Positions 51,307-64,000 of a stretch of 64,000 nt of DNA are shown here, piece after piece. Every line of letters starts with the position of its first letter. The first letter of the stretch is position 1. The translations under genes and the position numbers were made by a program. This stretch comes from Octopus sinensis. Taxonomy: Eukaryota. The notes beneath the pieces are model-generated. The model was not told where the DNA came from. It did no database searches and was given only the letters and a program-made list of their open reading frames with translations. The stretch is taken from contig NC_043001.1 in assembly GCF_006345805.1 (NCBI RefSeq), positions 77,810,001 to 77,874,000 of the forward strand, in the 5' to 3' direction.

Positions 51307-51378
<72 letters not shown>

Positions 51379-51604
51379 CGCGCGCTCATACATACATACA
51401 CACACACAAGACACAAAATATAAGTAATCAGCAATAATCCTTGCTCCGTAATATCAAATAAAGATGTAATCGTCTTCATCTCCTGGAGCGGACGCCAGTA
51501 CTCGATGACAGTATCTTTGCGGATGTCATAAATAAGGGATTTGTTTGACCACATTTCTTTTCCCACAAACTGAATAACTCGGCACAGTCATTCATATTTT
51601 ACTT

Positions 51605-51684
<80 letters not shown>

Positions 51685-52744
51685 ATACTACTACTACTAC
51701 TACTAATAATAATAATAATAATAATAACAACAATAATTCTTCTTATTCTTATTAGTAATAGTAGTTGATGTTAATGCTTTTGTTGTTGTTGTTTCCATAT
51801 AGTTATTATTTAATGGTTCATTGGAAATTATGCATAATCATGATTTCTAGCATGAGCCTTGCTAGAGCAGTGGTGGTGGCGGTGTTGGTGATCGTGGAGA
51901 TGACGATGAGGAAGACAATGTGTTATAATGTGGGTACTCGTCCACTTGTATGTTATTATCGGCACTGTAATATTCTTGTCGCCACTATCATGTTGAGGCG
52001 GTATTCCGCGTCTTATTATCTTTCAATGAATTTGAAATGTCTACCTTCACTGTGACTCGAACTCGCATATATCACGTAACTAGCACTGACTCCAACTGTG
52101 AACTCGCACCATGACTCTACTACTCATCTCCTACTATGACTGACTGTCTGACTTTATAGTTGCTGGGTTATACCTCTTTGTCATGTGGGAAGGGGAGTAC
52201 CATTTTCAGTATAACACAATGATGATGATGAGAAGGAGGAGGTCAATTACCATGGGGCAACAGCTGCTGTTGATGATGATGATGTGGAGGCGGAAGAGGA
52301 GGTTGTAGAGGGGTAGGACAAGGACGAACACAACTACGAGGACGATGGATGGTCTTAGGACAGTGGCCGGTAAAGTGGATGGTCGGGGGTATATTTGCTG
52401 AAGTACCAAAATAAATTTGTTTAACGTATGAGAATAAGAAGACGAGAAGGAAAGGAGAAGGAAGGGAATGTGCAGAAGGAGGAGGAGGAAGGAAAATAAT
52501 GAATTTACTCGTAGTGTATTAATATGCGTGAGTAAACGCGGGTATATATAAGTATATGTATCTATATATGTATGTGTATATGTGTGTGTGTTTGTGCGTT
52601 GTGGGGTGTGTGTATATATATATGTTTGTATAAATATGCACGCGTACACACACATACACACATATATATACACATATATATTTTAGATTGCACATAAATT
52701 GTTGGATTGCGTTTTTACATATACACATGATTTTTTTATATGTA

Positions 52745-52775
<31 letters not shown>

Positions 52776-52842
52776 TATATATATATATATATGCATGTTT
52801 GTATGTGTGTATGCGTGAGCATGTAGTTTTGTGTGCGCAGGA

Positions 52843-52874
<32 letters not shown>

Positions 52875-53356
52875 AAGAAAGAGAGCGAGAAACAATAGTA
52901 ATGTGACTAATATATGAAGTTCTCTGATTGACACGCTCAAAGGATTACTAGCAATAAATCTAATAGCTCTAGATTTAAATGACGCTTAAAGCGGGGCAGA
53001 TTAAAATATGCATTCTCACATACATCGGCAGTAAAAACGTACATACACATATTCGCATCACACACACATACACACGCACAAATGCACACACGCACACACA
53101 CACAGATATGGAAAGTGGTTTTCATAGGTTTTTCATTGAAAGAGAGCTATAAGTAAAGAGTGTGTACTGCGAATGGCAGGTATGTAACCACATGCACACA
53201 GACACACATACACACACATAAACACACACACACACAGACACACAGACATGGACTGCTATACTCTGAGAAAATGTCTTATGTATGTGCGGATAAACGAACA
53301 TATGTGTGCGCGGACGAACGATTGTGTGTCCGTGTATGTGAGTGTAAAGACGTATA

Positions 53357-53850
53357 ATGGGTAAAGACCCTCTTCGGTCATGAATATCCATGGGATTGCA
53401 CCTAGATAGTCCCCCCCAGTGGCACACGTTGGAACAAGGTTGTTTATGGAATACCATCACTCACCCTTTCCACGCCACCAATGTTATCTGAAGGAAAGGC
53501 AAAAGCTAATAGAGCTTGGCACCAGTGACTTTGCAATTGATCCATACAGCTGAGTGAACTGGAGAAATGTGAAATAAAGTGTTTTGCTCATGAGCACTCA
53601 GCCCTGTTTGGGAAACGAACTCACTACCTCATGATTCATATATTTAAAGGGTTAAGACTCACTTCGGTCATGAAGGACGATGGGATTGCATCTAGAAAAT
53701 TGCATATCCGAGGCACAAGTCTGAATGTTTTTTTATGGCCCATGCCTAGCAGCCTCCCCTCTCCACGTCACGGATGCTGTCCAAGGGAAACGCAAAGACC
53801 GATTCAGCTAGGCACCAATGACAGTACAACTCATTTCTACAGCTGAGCTT
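53357..53850 (-). mobile_element. Two tandem copies of a family D-related SINE
   Basis: GGGT(T)AAGAC..CTTCGGTCATGAA..ATGGGATTGCA.CTAGA at 53357 and 53648. Confidence 0.75.
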
Positions 53851-53891
53851 GTGACAGCTGAGATTGTGAGCTTGTCATGCACCTTCATATA

Positions 53892-54118
53892 CAGGGTGTT
53901 CAAAAGGTCTCTCCGCAGGAAGTATTTTATTGTAGAATAAGATCACAAAAGACGGTATAAGACCACAAAAAACAATATATATATGACTTTACAAGACTTT
54001 ATGAGGAGTATTAAAAGTGTCATCCTTCTTCTTCAAAGTTGACTCTTCTTTCTACACATGTTTTGAAGTACATTTTGGAGAAAAAATATCCTTGCTGTGA
54101 GACTTTTTGAACAACTTG
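53892..54118. mobile_element. Tc1/mariner-type MITE (227 bp), TA target duplication
   Basis: CAGGGTGTTCAAAAGGTCTC / GAGACTTTTTGAACAACTTG (17/20); TA at 53890-53891 and 54119-54120. Confidence 0.8.
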
Positions 54119-54634
54119 TATATTTGTAGAGACATGTATACGTGAGTCTATGTGTTTATTCGGCGCGCTTGTATACATCCCCAAAATTTTCAAAGGTTCT
54201 TCCCGAGCCCTAGGCTCATCATGCTAGTTTCCCAGATTCTGTGGTGTATATAATTTCACTGTACACCAAACCCATGCCATCGTCGGATTACACAATGCTA
54301 AGTAAACTGGAGCAACATGAAATGAAGTGTTTTGCTCAAGGCAGGTGCTCCCATGAATTCTAAAATAAAATTATGGATTTATGGAGGGGTCAAAGTTGAG
54401 AAAAAATGATAGTGGAGGCATACAAGGAAACATGGAGGGTCGTCAGACCAGAACGAGAGGAATATAGTGAACGCTGCGAGAAACATTTTTTGAAAATGAG
54501 AAGAGAGACGAGAGAGAGAAAAAAGATAGATGATATATATATATATATATATATATATAATAAATATTAGGGAATAAATCCAATTTACAGGGAAAAAATC
54601 AGATTTAGGATTAAATCCAATTTTGTCTCTAATA

Positions 54635-54688
<54 letters not shown>

Positions 54689-56284
54689 TATTATTCATTA
54701 AATATATATTTTGCATTAAAGCTACCATCAGTTTAATGACAAGAAAATTATCTTTATGTCTGAACAATGTTCAAGCCATTGACGGGAATTCGCAGAAAGT
54801 GTCGTAAAATCTTTGCGAATTCATGGGCCTTTGTGACGAGCTCCATGACTCCATGTGATCAGCTTGAAACGTCGTTAAGATATTAAGACATTTTTCTTAA
54901 TATGAGAGCAATAGTAGCCTTAATACACAAGTAAAGAAATTCTCTTCACCAATTCAGTGTTGAGCACTCATTCTCGTCGTTTGACATTTATGTATGTATC
55001 AGGCATATATATATATATATTTATTAGCATGCATTCTGTTACTATATCGTTTAATTTTTTGAACCTTGTTTATATATCTAAAGTTTATGTCTAAATTCAT
55101 GCAGTTCTTTCTTTGTCTCTATGCATTACAATTCTCTTCGTTTTTCAACTGTATGTTTTAACTATAATGAGAAAGGTTGTCCGGTTCACTTTCACATCCA
55201 ACGTCACACCCTATTCACAACTTACTGCGTGGTCTAACTGGAGTTTATTTCTTAAATCTCAGATTCTTGGGAAAAGACTGGAAGTCATTTCAGATTCTTT
55301 ATCATTTTGTCATTTGTTGAGGATGACAAGACGTCGTTACTGTATAGTCCACCTTCCAATGTATGCACAATGTAATAGGGTTAGTAACTTTGGCTAAATC
55401 CGTGGGACCAATATCTGTTTCGATAGTGATATAGATTGAACACTTTACCAACGGACTGTTCGAAATTAGGGACAATTTTCATAGTCTCTGTCGTTAACCC
55501 TATCGCACACTACCGCAGTCTCGAAGAAAAGTTTTGTGGTTGAACAGAAGCAGCTCACAATGTTCTATTTGATAATTTTTTCCCTAATTTTACACTCGGT
55601 TATGCAGTCCGCTTCTACGAATATTTCAATCGTTCTGATTAGCTGTGTCTGCTGTTTTTATGCATAACTGATTATGTCCGGGATCCTCCTATTGAGGATG
55701 CTACAATATTAGTCATCAAACTGACCTGACGAATGATTGCGTTATGGTAAATTTCCAATCAACAATGCATTAGAAAGAAACTAGGCTCCAGGTCGTTGTT
55801 TGCTTCGTCGATCATACGAGATGGGAATAACCATGAAGACAAGCACTGAAAGGATAAGCAAATCGATTTGACGATGAGAATTCTATATGGAACTTATATT
55901 CAAGAGTCCCGAAAAAACATAACTGTTATAACGAAAGAAATTAAAAACTCTCCAACTCTTCCTCCTCCTACTCCTCCTCCCCTCCCCCTCCTCCTTCTTC
56001 TTCTTCTTCTTCTTCTCTTCTTCTTCTTTCTTCTTCTTCTTCTTCTTCTTCTTCTTCTTCTTCTTCTCATTTTTCGAAAAGATAATTGATTCCCTTAAAC
56101 AAACAAGTTGGAAAGCCTCTTCAAAAATGGGTTCAAACAGGCTTTATGTGGCATACTTGAAATACAGGACAATTATTTTTACATTGTAGGGTTATATATA
56201 TATATATATATGAAGACATATATGTATATATACATGCTTACATACATATATTGGTATATATATATATATAATTTATGTATGTAT

Positions 56285-56326
<42 letters not shown>

Positions 56327-57795
56327 TCCATTTTACTAAAAGTTAGTGGCTGTTTACCACTAATTGCTTGTATGATAGTTCTTCATGTCTGATTGACACT
56401 ACTCGCTGTCAAATACGCTGATCGTATGAGCTGACGGGCTGATTAATTTATTCGATAGCGCTGTCGATCAGATATAATGAATCGATACAAAAAGAACTTC
56501 TGAGTTGCACACGTTTACATTCAGTCCAAAAAGTAAGCAATACTCTACGCCGCTGTATCTATAATTAACTATGTTTGAAAATAATTGAATGTGCGAAACC
56601 GGTGAGATTGTTCAAACTACAACTGGATACTGGTAGTGGCATTTAAATCATTAACATCGGCACGTCGAAGAAAATAGAGAAATCTATGTTAAGTAAAACA
56701 GAAAAAACTGCACGCGACCTGAAGAGTGAGAAACTAAACTTTGTAGGTGAAATGTGGGATTAAGTCTCATTTCGAGGAAAAACCTGCAAGGCGAAAGCTT
56801 TCGTTGTAAAAACCGACTGATTGGAGTTATTTGCCCTATGGGATCTCCCAATAAGCCAGTACTGTAAAAATTTTAATAGCTGCCCCACCAGGGAAAAGAA
56901 CTCAACAGCAGCAGCTGAATTGAAGAAAAATTTAATTAAATATACTATGTGTAATAATATTGAATCTTGGGAGGGGCGTTATACCGGTAATAATAAACAA
57001 ACACACTAGTTCGGCCCTTTATTTTTATTGTTAGTTAATGGGTTAGTAACCCCGTTTACCAATTTATCTATTAGCCGTTTTTACCAGTTTTTCAAACTCA
57101 TATGCTAAACACTTTGGTCAAACAGTTAATCGTTCAAATGTTCAGTATTGTTAGTATTGTCATTTCTTTTTTTGTTAAATAATTATTTTATCGCATTGTT
57201 GCAATCTTTTCAGTCACACATCTCTCTACTTCCATTTCTTAGGAACTTATGTTCCAGCGTTGGGATTCGTCCGAGATGAGTATGTGAGTGTGTATATGTC
57301 TGCATGTGTGTGTTTATACATAAGTGTTGTGTTCTATAAATACTATGTCATGTTCTATATACATTAGTTAGCGGTTTTGGTTTCTAATTGTTTTCTTCGA
57401 AAACGCATGCGTTCATAATATAACGTTTCTCTCAAAGACGGATAAATCGTCATCTTTGATAAGCGTTGAATAAATTGATAATTATATATGCATGAGCATG
57501 TGTATGCGTATGTGTGTGCGTGTCCATGTACGTATGGAAGGGTATGTGTGTACGAGCGTGTGTGCCTGTGTTTGCGTGTACCTCTGTGTGCGTGTGTGTA
57601 TGTCTCAGTGTGCCCTTATGTGTGTGTGTGTGTGTGTTTGTGTTTGTGTGTATGTGTTTGCATTCATGTGTGTTAGTTCCTCTGTATTTGTGTGAGCGTG
57701 TGTACTTCTGAATACGTGTTTCTGTGTGCGTGTATGCGTATATGTGTGTGTCCGAGTAGGTGAGAGGGCATGTCTCTGTCCTTGTTTGTCTTCGC

Positions 57796-57835
<40 letters not shown>

Positions 57836-57889
57836 TTCGTTCGTGAGTGTACGTATGTGTGTGTGCGTCCATGGGTCCTTGTAAGGCCT

Positions 57890-58255
57890 CTGTTTAGTGA
57901 GAGCATTTACGATTCAAAACAGGTTGTGTTTCGTTTATCCAGACTGATACTCATATCTGTCGTAGCGATGTGTCGTCCGGGTGTCTAGACAGGATTCCTA
58001 TGCTAATTCGGTTCAGCACACCACCATGTTGTTCTTTAGCATGCTGGTAGAGTATCGAGGTTTGTCTGTGATCCCTGTACTCCCTGTCCATTTATACGCT
58101 GGGCCAAACGTCTCGCCGTTTCACCTATGTATGAAGTCTTCCGGTTTTTATAATCAACATTCGTGCAGTTTATTCGGTAAACCACATTTCTAGTTTTGCA
58201 GTTGACACCAGGGCTATATTTGCACACTACACAGTCCTCCTCTACACGCGTGGGT
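57890..58255 (-). mobile_element. PLE GIY-YIG endonuclease relic
   Basis: NCKTRNVVYRINC..SYIGETARRLAQRIN..ILSRHPDDTSLRQI*.SVWINETQPVLNRK. Confidence 0.8.
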
Positions 58256-58264
58256 TTTGTGTTA

Positions 58265-59065
58265 TGTTATTCACAAACTGCCAGTGCCTGCGCATAATAT
58301 ACAAATGAAATCCGCAGAGGATAATTACATTACTAAAATGAAATAAATGTTGGAAAATAAGCAAAATAAAAATATAAATTTGCAGAACTTTTTACTACTC
58401 GACGATATATTAGTGTACACGCAAAGAGTGGTAGTACCAACTGCTCTACAGAAATGAGTATTGCAGGAATTCCATAGTGTACATCCGGGAGTGTCGAGAA
58501 TGAAAGCCTTAAGGAGGAGCTATGTATATTGGCCGACAATGAACCGGGACATTGAAAATTGAGTAAAATAATCTAAAGGTTGTGCGCTAGCGGCCAAAGT
58601 ACCAACGGTAATACACCAATCGTGGACTGAGACGGAGGTCCGTTGTTCAGGGTACATATTGACCACGTTGGACTGGTGAACGGCACATACAACCTAATCC
58701 TTGCTGATAGCGGTACAAAGTGGCCAGAAGAATGTAGGTACAATAAACCAACCCCAAAGACAACAATAAAGTTCCTGTAAGAATAATTTGTCCGATACGG
58801 TGCTCCAAACACGTTGGTATCAGAAAATGGAGCACAATTTACGGGTAGGGAATCAAAAATTACTGCAAATTACATCCGACAAAGAATAACTTTACCCCGT
58901 CCTACAACCCTAGGTGAAACGGGCCGGTAGAAAGGTCTGTCGATACGTTCAAACTAGAGTTTAAAAAAAGCAAGGAATGACGTAGGTAATGATGAAGCCC
59001 TAACACAATTCTTTTGAGTACATATAGTAACGCCCAATCCAAATACTAGATCAGAAATGTCTCTG
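58265..59065 (+). mobile_element. Ty3/Gypsy integrase relic
   Basis: RVVVPTALQK*VLQEFHSVHPGVSRMKAL.RSYVYWP, HIDHVG, DSGTKWPE, LVSENGAQFT, NGPVERSVDTFK; several stops. Confidence 0.88.
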
Positions 59066-59769
59066 GCATATGAGTGTGTGTGTACTGAATATTTACATAT
59101 ATATACATACATACATACATACATATATATATATATTATATATATATATATATATACATACATATACATTCATATATATATGCACAGAGACATATATATA
59201 TATAAGCATACACATATTCATACATACATAAATACATACAAACATACATACACACATACATACATACATACATACATACATACATACATACATACATGTG
59301 TATATCTAAATGTCGAACCATGAAAATATGTACTGAACACAGAATTGGTGGATATAACTTTTTATTTGTAAATTAAGGCTACCATTAGTTTCATGTTAAG
59401 AAATGCAGGAACATTTTCGACTGTCATTACTATTTTCAAGCCAATTATATGGAGAGAGTTATTCGCCTCCTTATTGGAAAACACAGCCTCGTTTGGTCTG
59501 CGGAGATTCCCGTGATTTCACATGAATAAAACAATGAATCAATGGACGTTACTCTTCGGTGGCGTCTTTTGGACGTTTATCTCCCTTGCATTTCCTTTTG
59601 GGAGAATTGTATGGTCAGTTTGCTTCCATTATTTTGCTTTTGTTCTGAGCATTGTGTTCTTATTCTTGTGTGCTGAGGTAGTTTGTCATTAGGGCCAATT
59701 TCTTCCGTTAGTGGAGTTTGTGTGCTATGTCTGTTTAGAGGGGTTACCGTTGGGTACAGTGTTCTTCTT

Positions 59770-60160
59770 TGAAATATTTGGGCGTAAAATATTGACTGTG
59801 TATGCAGTGAGAGAATGTCTCATTCCTAATGTTTAAGATGGCATTTATTGCTTGCATAAGGTTTAATTTTTCAGTAATACAGAGTTCAAATGAGGAACCC
59901 CATCCTCTATTTTTTAGTTATAGAAATAATTTTCCATTCTATCTGCGGGTTGTTTACTTCACATTCTTTCAATGTCTATGATATTTGACACGCATGCTGC
60001 ATTTTTTATATTTTAATCTCTGAATGACCCCTGATGTGCACACCTTTTCTTAAATGAGTTGCCCGTCATTCTGATATACGTTTATCCCTACGAATTGTTT
60101 ACTCTTTCCGAAGATTGTTCTCTCAAACTTTTCTGTAGAAGAACGTTAAAGTATTATATC
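59770..60160 (-). mobile_element. PLE GIY-YIG endonuclease relic (third family)
   Basis: Frameshifted MTGNSFKKRCAHQGSFRD..NPQIEWKIIS..ELCITEKLNLMQAINAILNIRNETFSHCIH. Confidence 0.7.
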
Positions 60161-60580
60161 TGCTTGTTGCTCCTTCACCTGCCTCCGTTGCAAGATTCCT
60201 GATGTGATATCGTATGTTGAAACGTATATTGTTATATTTCGAGATGGTCATTTCTTTATTGCAAAATCAACACACGCACTATATACACGTTTTCACTTCA
60301 GAAGTATTATTGTTCTTATTTTATGTTCTTTGTATGAAATTCTTCGTCACATATCTATATATATCTATCCATCTATCCATCTACCTACCTGCCAACCGTC
60401 CTACCTACCTACCTACCTACCTACCTACTACCTACCTACCTACATACCTACCTACCTACCTACCTACCTACCTGCCTACCTAAGTATCTGTTTATCTGTC
60501 TATCTTTCTGAATATATATGCATATATATATGTATACATTTATATATTGAACTTATATACTTAAATATATATATGCATAT

Positions 60581-60683
<103 letters not shown>

Positions 60684-61465
60684 CATATATATATATACAT
60701 ACATATGTACGTGCATATAAATATATACACATACACACACATATGCAAACATATGCATGTTTCTCCATATACACCTGCATTATAGCGTAACCATATACAC
60801 AGTACACAACTTCTCTCTCTGTCTCTTTCTCCCTCTCCGCTTCTCTCTCTATCTCTCTCTCTCTTTCTCTCTCTATTTCGCCCACTCATACACGCATACG
60901 TTTATATGTGGGTGGACACGCTTGTTTCTGAATCTGAGCGTGGTAGATATATATACAACACTCTACAACCGATTCTTTCATACTTTCATCTCTATAACAT
61001 TCAATACTGTCATTTACCTATTTGCGTTTTTATTACTGATACCAAACTTATTGATTCCTTAGCTGTTTTCCTGTGGCACATTCTTGTTAAAGCTGTTGTT
61101 ATTGTTCTTTTTGTTGCTGTTATAACTGCTGCTGCTGCTGTTTTTGTTGATGTTGTTGCAGCTGTTATACATAGTAGCAAGGGGGATGTGTTTATAATGA
61201 TTTCAGTGTTACTGTTGCCTATTAAATTTCAGTAGTTATGCATCACTGAACACGCTGTTCAATAGCCAGATTCGATCTCCCTCCAAGGAATAGGCGGATA
61301 GTAAGTATTATTGCCGGTCTACATTTGTTCTAAAGAAGAAATCGATAGATGACTATATGGATAAATTTGTTGGAGATATATGTATGTATATATATAACAT
61401 ATACTTTTATATCTGTATATACACATATATAATACATATGCATATAGATGTGTATATCTATATTT

Positions 61466-61518
<53 letters not shown>

Positions 61519-61764
61519 GTGTTTGTATATAAACAGCATGAATATCTGTAGAGACATGTTAGTCATTTATTTAATACACGCTCAATTGGTTAACTCTTTA
61601 TTCTCTGTTATGCGCTTCCGTGCTCCTATATATATATATTGTGTATATATATATGTATATATATATTATATATATATATATATATATTATATATATTATA
61701 TAACATATGTATCTATATTATATATTACATATATATATTATATATATATATATATATATATGAT

Positions 61765-61795
<31 letters not shown>

Positions 61796-61806
61796 GTATA
61801 TATATA

Positions 61807-61847
<41 letters not shown>

Positions 61848-62201
61848 GATATACATATATATTATATGTATATATATATATATATACATATATAATATTA
61901 TATTATACATATATATGTATGCATGCATTATATATATATATATATTATATATATATATATATATATATGTATCTGCGTGTATATGTGAATGTACATGTAT
62001 ATATTCATATGCACACCATATCCGTATACTCATATATATGAATATACGTATGCATGTGCACGTGTGTATGTATAATTCTGTGCCTGTACATTACGATTGT
62101 ATATGATAAACGTGCAGATACATGCATTTTGTAACGCTGTACTTTCAAACATTGTTTTCTCCTGGCCATGAGTATTGGTTTCCACCCACCAGTCATATAC
62201 A

Positions 62202-62304
<103 letters not shown>

Positions 62305-62308
62305 GTAT

Positions 62309-62359
<51 letters not shown>

Positions 62360-62419
62360 ACATATATATGTTTGTATATATATTTTTTCATATGTATGTG
62401 TATATAGGTATTAAATATG

Positions 62420-62454
<35 letters not shown>

Positions 62455-63344
62455 TTTGCTTGTATATATATATATATGTAATATATTATATTATATATAT
62501 ATATATGTAATATATATATTAATGTTTGTTGTGTACATATGGGCCTCTGTATGTATACAGAGCATACGAGCACAGACATATACCTACGCGCGCGCACACA
62601 TACATACACATAAACACAGGCATTCACACATATATAGATTCATTTATTATATTCATATGTATTGATCAGATATAATGCTGAAATGAAGTATTGCAGCTGA
62701 TGACCTGATGTTTAGGGCCATTACCGTTTTGGTCACAGAAGTTTCTTATTCAAAAGCCTGGCAGGAATATATCTGAATTTCAACCTTGAGTGAGAGAGCC
62801 AAAAGATCAGGATGAAGTGAGCGAGAGAAAAGAAAGTCAGTAAGACTGAGGAATAGTCTGCGCCAGAAAGACAGAGGGAGAGAGCGAAAGAAAAGTAGAG
62901 AGAGAGAGAGATGTAGAAGAGAGGGGAAGGGAAAGAGACAGAGAGAGTGTGTTTTTATGTGTGCGTATGAGTATGCATGTGCAAAAGTTTGTGATTCTCA
63001 AGTTTTTCTACGCATTCGCTTGTTTTATCATATTCCTTTATCATTTTCTTATTTTGCTCGTAAATTTTTTTGTCCAATTTCTTCGATATTTTGCCTGCGA
63101 AAACTTTTATTTGTTCTCTAGTGCATGACTATTCTTTAATTGACGGAAGAGACAGTCTTTTCAGCTCTATGCCTTTCTGGTTTAGTCAATTAAACCTGCT
63201 TTTTCGCGTGGTGTATTTACTTACGAAGGAAGGATTCATGACCTGCATATAATCGGGCGGGATCGAGCGTATAAATTGTGCTGATCTTAATCTTTCGAAA
63301 CCACAACAGCAGGAGACTAATTTTAGATAAAATCGAATATGGGT

Positions 63345-63495
63345 GCGGTCATGGCTACGTGGTTAAGAAACTCGCTTTGTAACCGCTTCGTTTCGTGTTC
63401 AATCCCAGATCGCGGCATTTTTTGCTGTCCTCACTAAAGCCCCGGCAGACCAATACGTTTTAAGTGAATTTGGTTGACGGAAACCATGTTGACAG
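63345..63495 (+). mobile_element. SINE family B 5' part
   Basis: GGCTACGTGGTTAAGAAACTCGC, GTGTTCAATCCC, GAATTTGGTTGACGGAAAC. Confidence 0.65.
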
Positions 63496-63548
<53 letters not shown>

Positions 63549-63591
63549 ATGTATATATATATATGTATGTATATACGTACTGTATGTGTAT

Positions 63592-63646
<55 letters not shown>

Positions 63647-63649
<3 letters not shown>

Positions 63650-64000
63650 CAACATTGAGGGTAAAATTAATTAATTAATTAATCAATTTCACCAAGTATT
63701 CAGTATGCACAGGGACCATTTAAGGCGAATTCAAATTATTACATTATATAAAAGGGCTTAGTAAAATAAATTACTTTGCCGCATACTGAACTCGTTAGAA
63801 ATAGCAGCTAAAAAAACTTTTATAAAACTATTTCTAACACTTAAAGAAAACCTCTCTCATATAGTGTTTGCTCAATTCAACTCAAGGAGTATGGGGGTAG
63901 AGACATTAAAAATCAAATGCAATGCAAAGTTATTTGAGTACGTACGTTTCAAGATTAGTCAAAATCGACCCTTCTCTCATCAGCTCAGAATGCCCTTGTT
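63647..64000 (-). repeat. Probable PLE terminal repeat, runs off the window
   Basis: Carries the 63935 hammerhead, an 11-bp hairpin GTTAGAAATAG/CTATTTCTAAC (63794-63838) and homology to 37580-37650. Confidence 0.6.
63935..63987 (-). ncRNA. Type I hammerhead ribozyme motif with canonical core
   Basis: Minus strand TGAG CTGATGA GAGA-AG-GGTC gatttt GACT-AA-TCTT GAAA CGTACG TA CTCA; P3 palindrome ACGTACGT. Confidence 0.82.

Noticed and set aside
59365-59440. Possible decayed hammerhead downstream of the 59770 PLE relic (minus strand GGC-TTGAAAA..GAAA-CTAATGG-TA-GCC)
   Set aside because: Two core changes and no clear stem II; not distinguishable from chance.
62692-62780. TGCAG-CTGATGA resembling the 13494 family
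   Set aside because: No correctly placed GAAA, stem III or NUH triplet could be assigned.

Overview
Eukaryotic, AT-rich, repeat-saturated DNA. The microsatellite load and SINE families suggest a coleoid cephalopod, most likely Octopus (inference from recognition, not from a search). No intact host gene, rRNA, tRNA gene or CRISPR array is supported, and most ORF-track entries are microsatellite translations. The window is a mosaic of (TA)n/(CA)n/(TATC)n/(TAA)n/(ACT)n arrays, tRNA-headed SINEs of about 4 families, and transposon remains: a head-to-tail stack of Dong/R4-type LINE fragments (1-4.5 kb), a Tx1/L1 fragment inside (TATC)n, two CR1/L2-type LINEs, an RTE end, several Penelope-like element (PLE) fragments, a Gypsy integrase relic, one near-intact 1288-bp mariner, several mariner relics and MITEs. 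The most interesting signal, invisible to the ORF track, is a set of type I hammerhead ribozyme motifs from about five sequence families. All have a GUA cleavage triplet and a palindromic or near-palindromic stem III. Two of them cap the outer ends of a recent-looking inverted duplication with ~1.28-kb arms (34.9-39.0 kb), which could also be an assembly artefact. All ribozyme calls come from manual folding and none has been tested.
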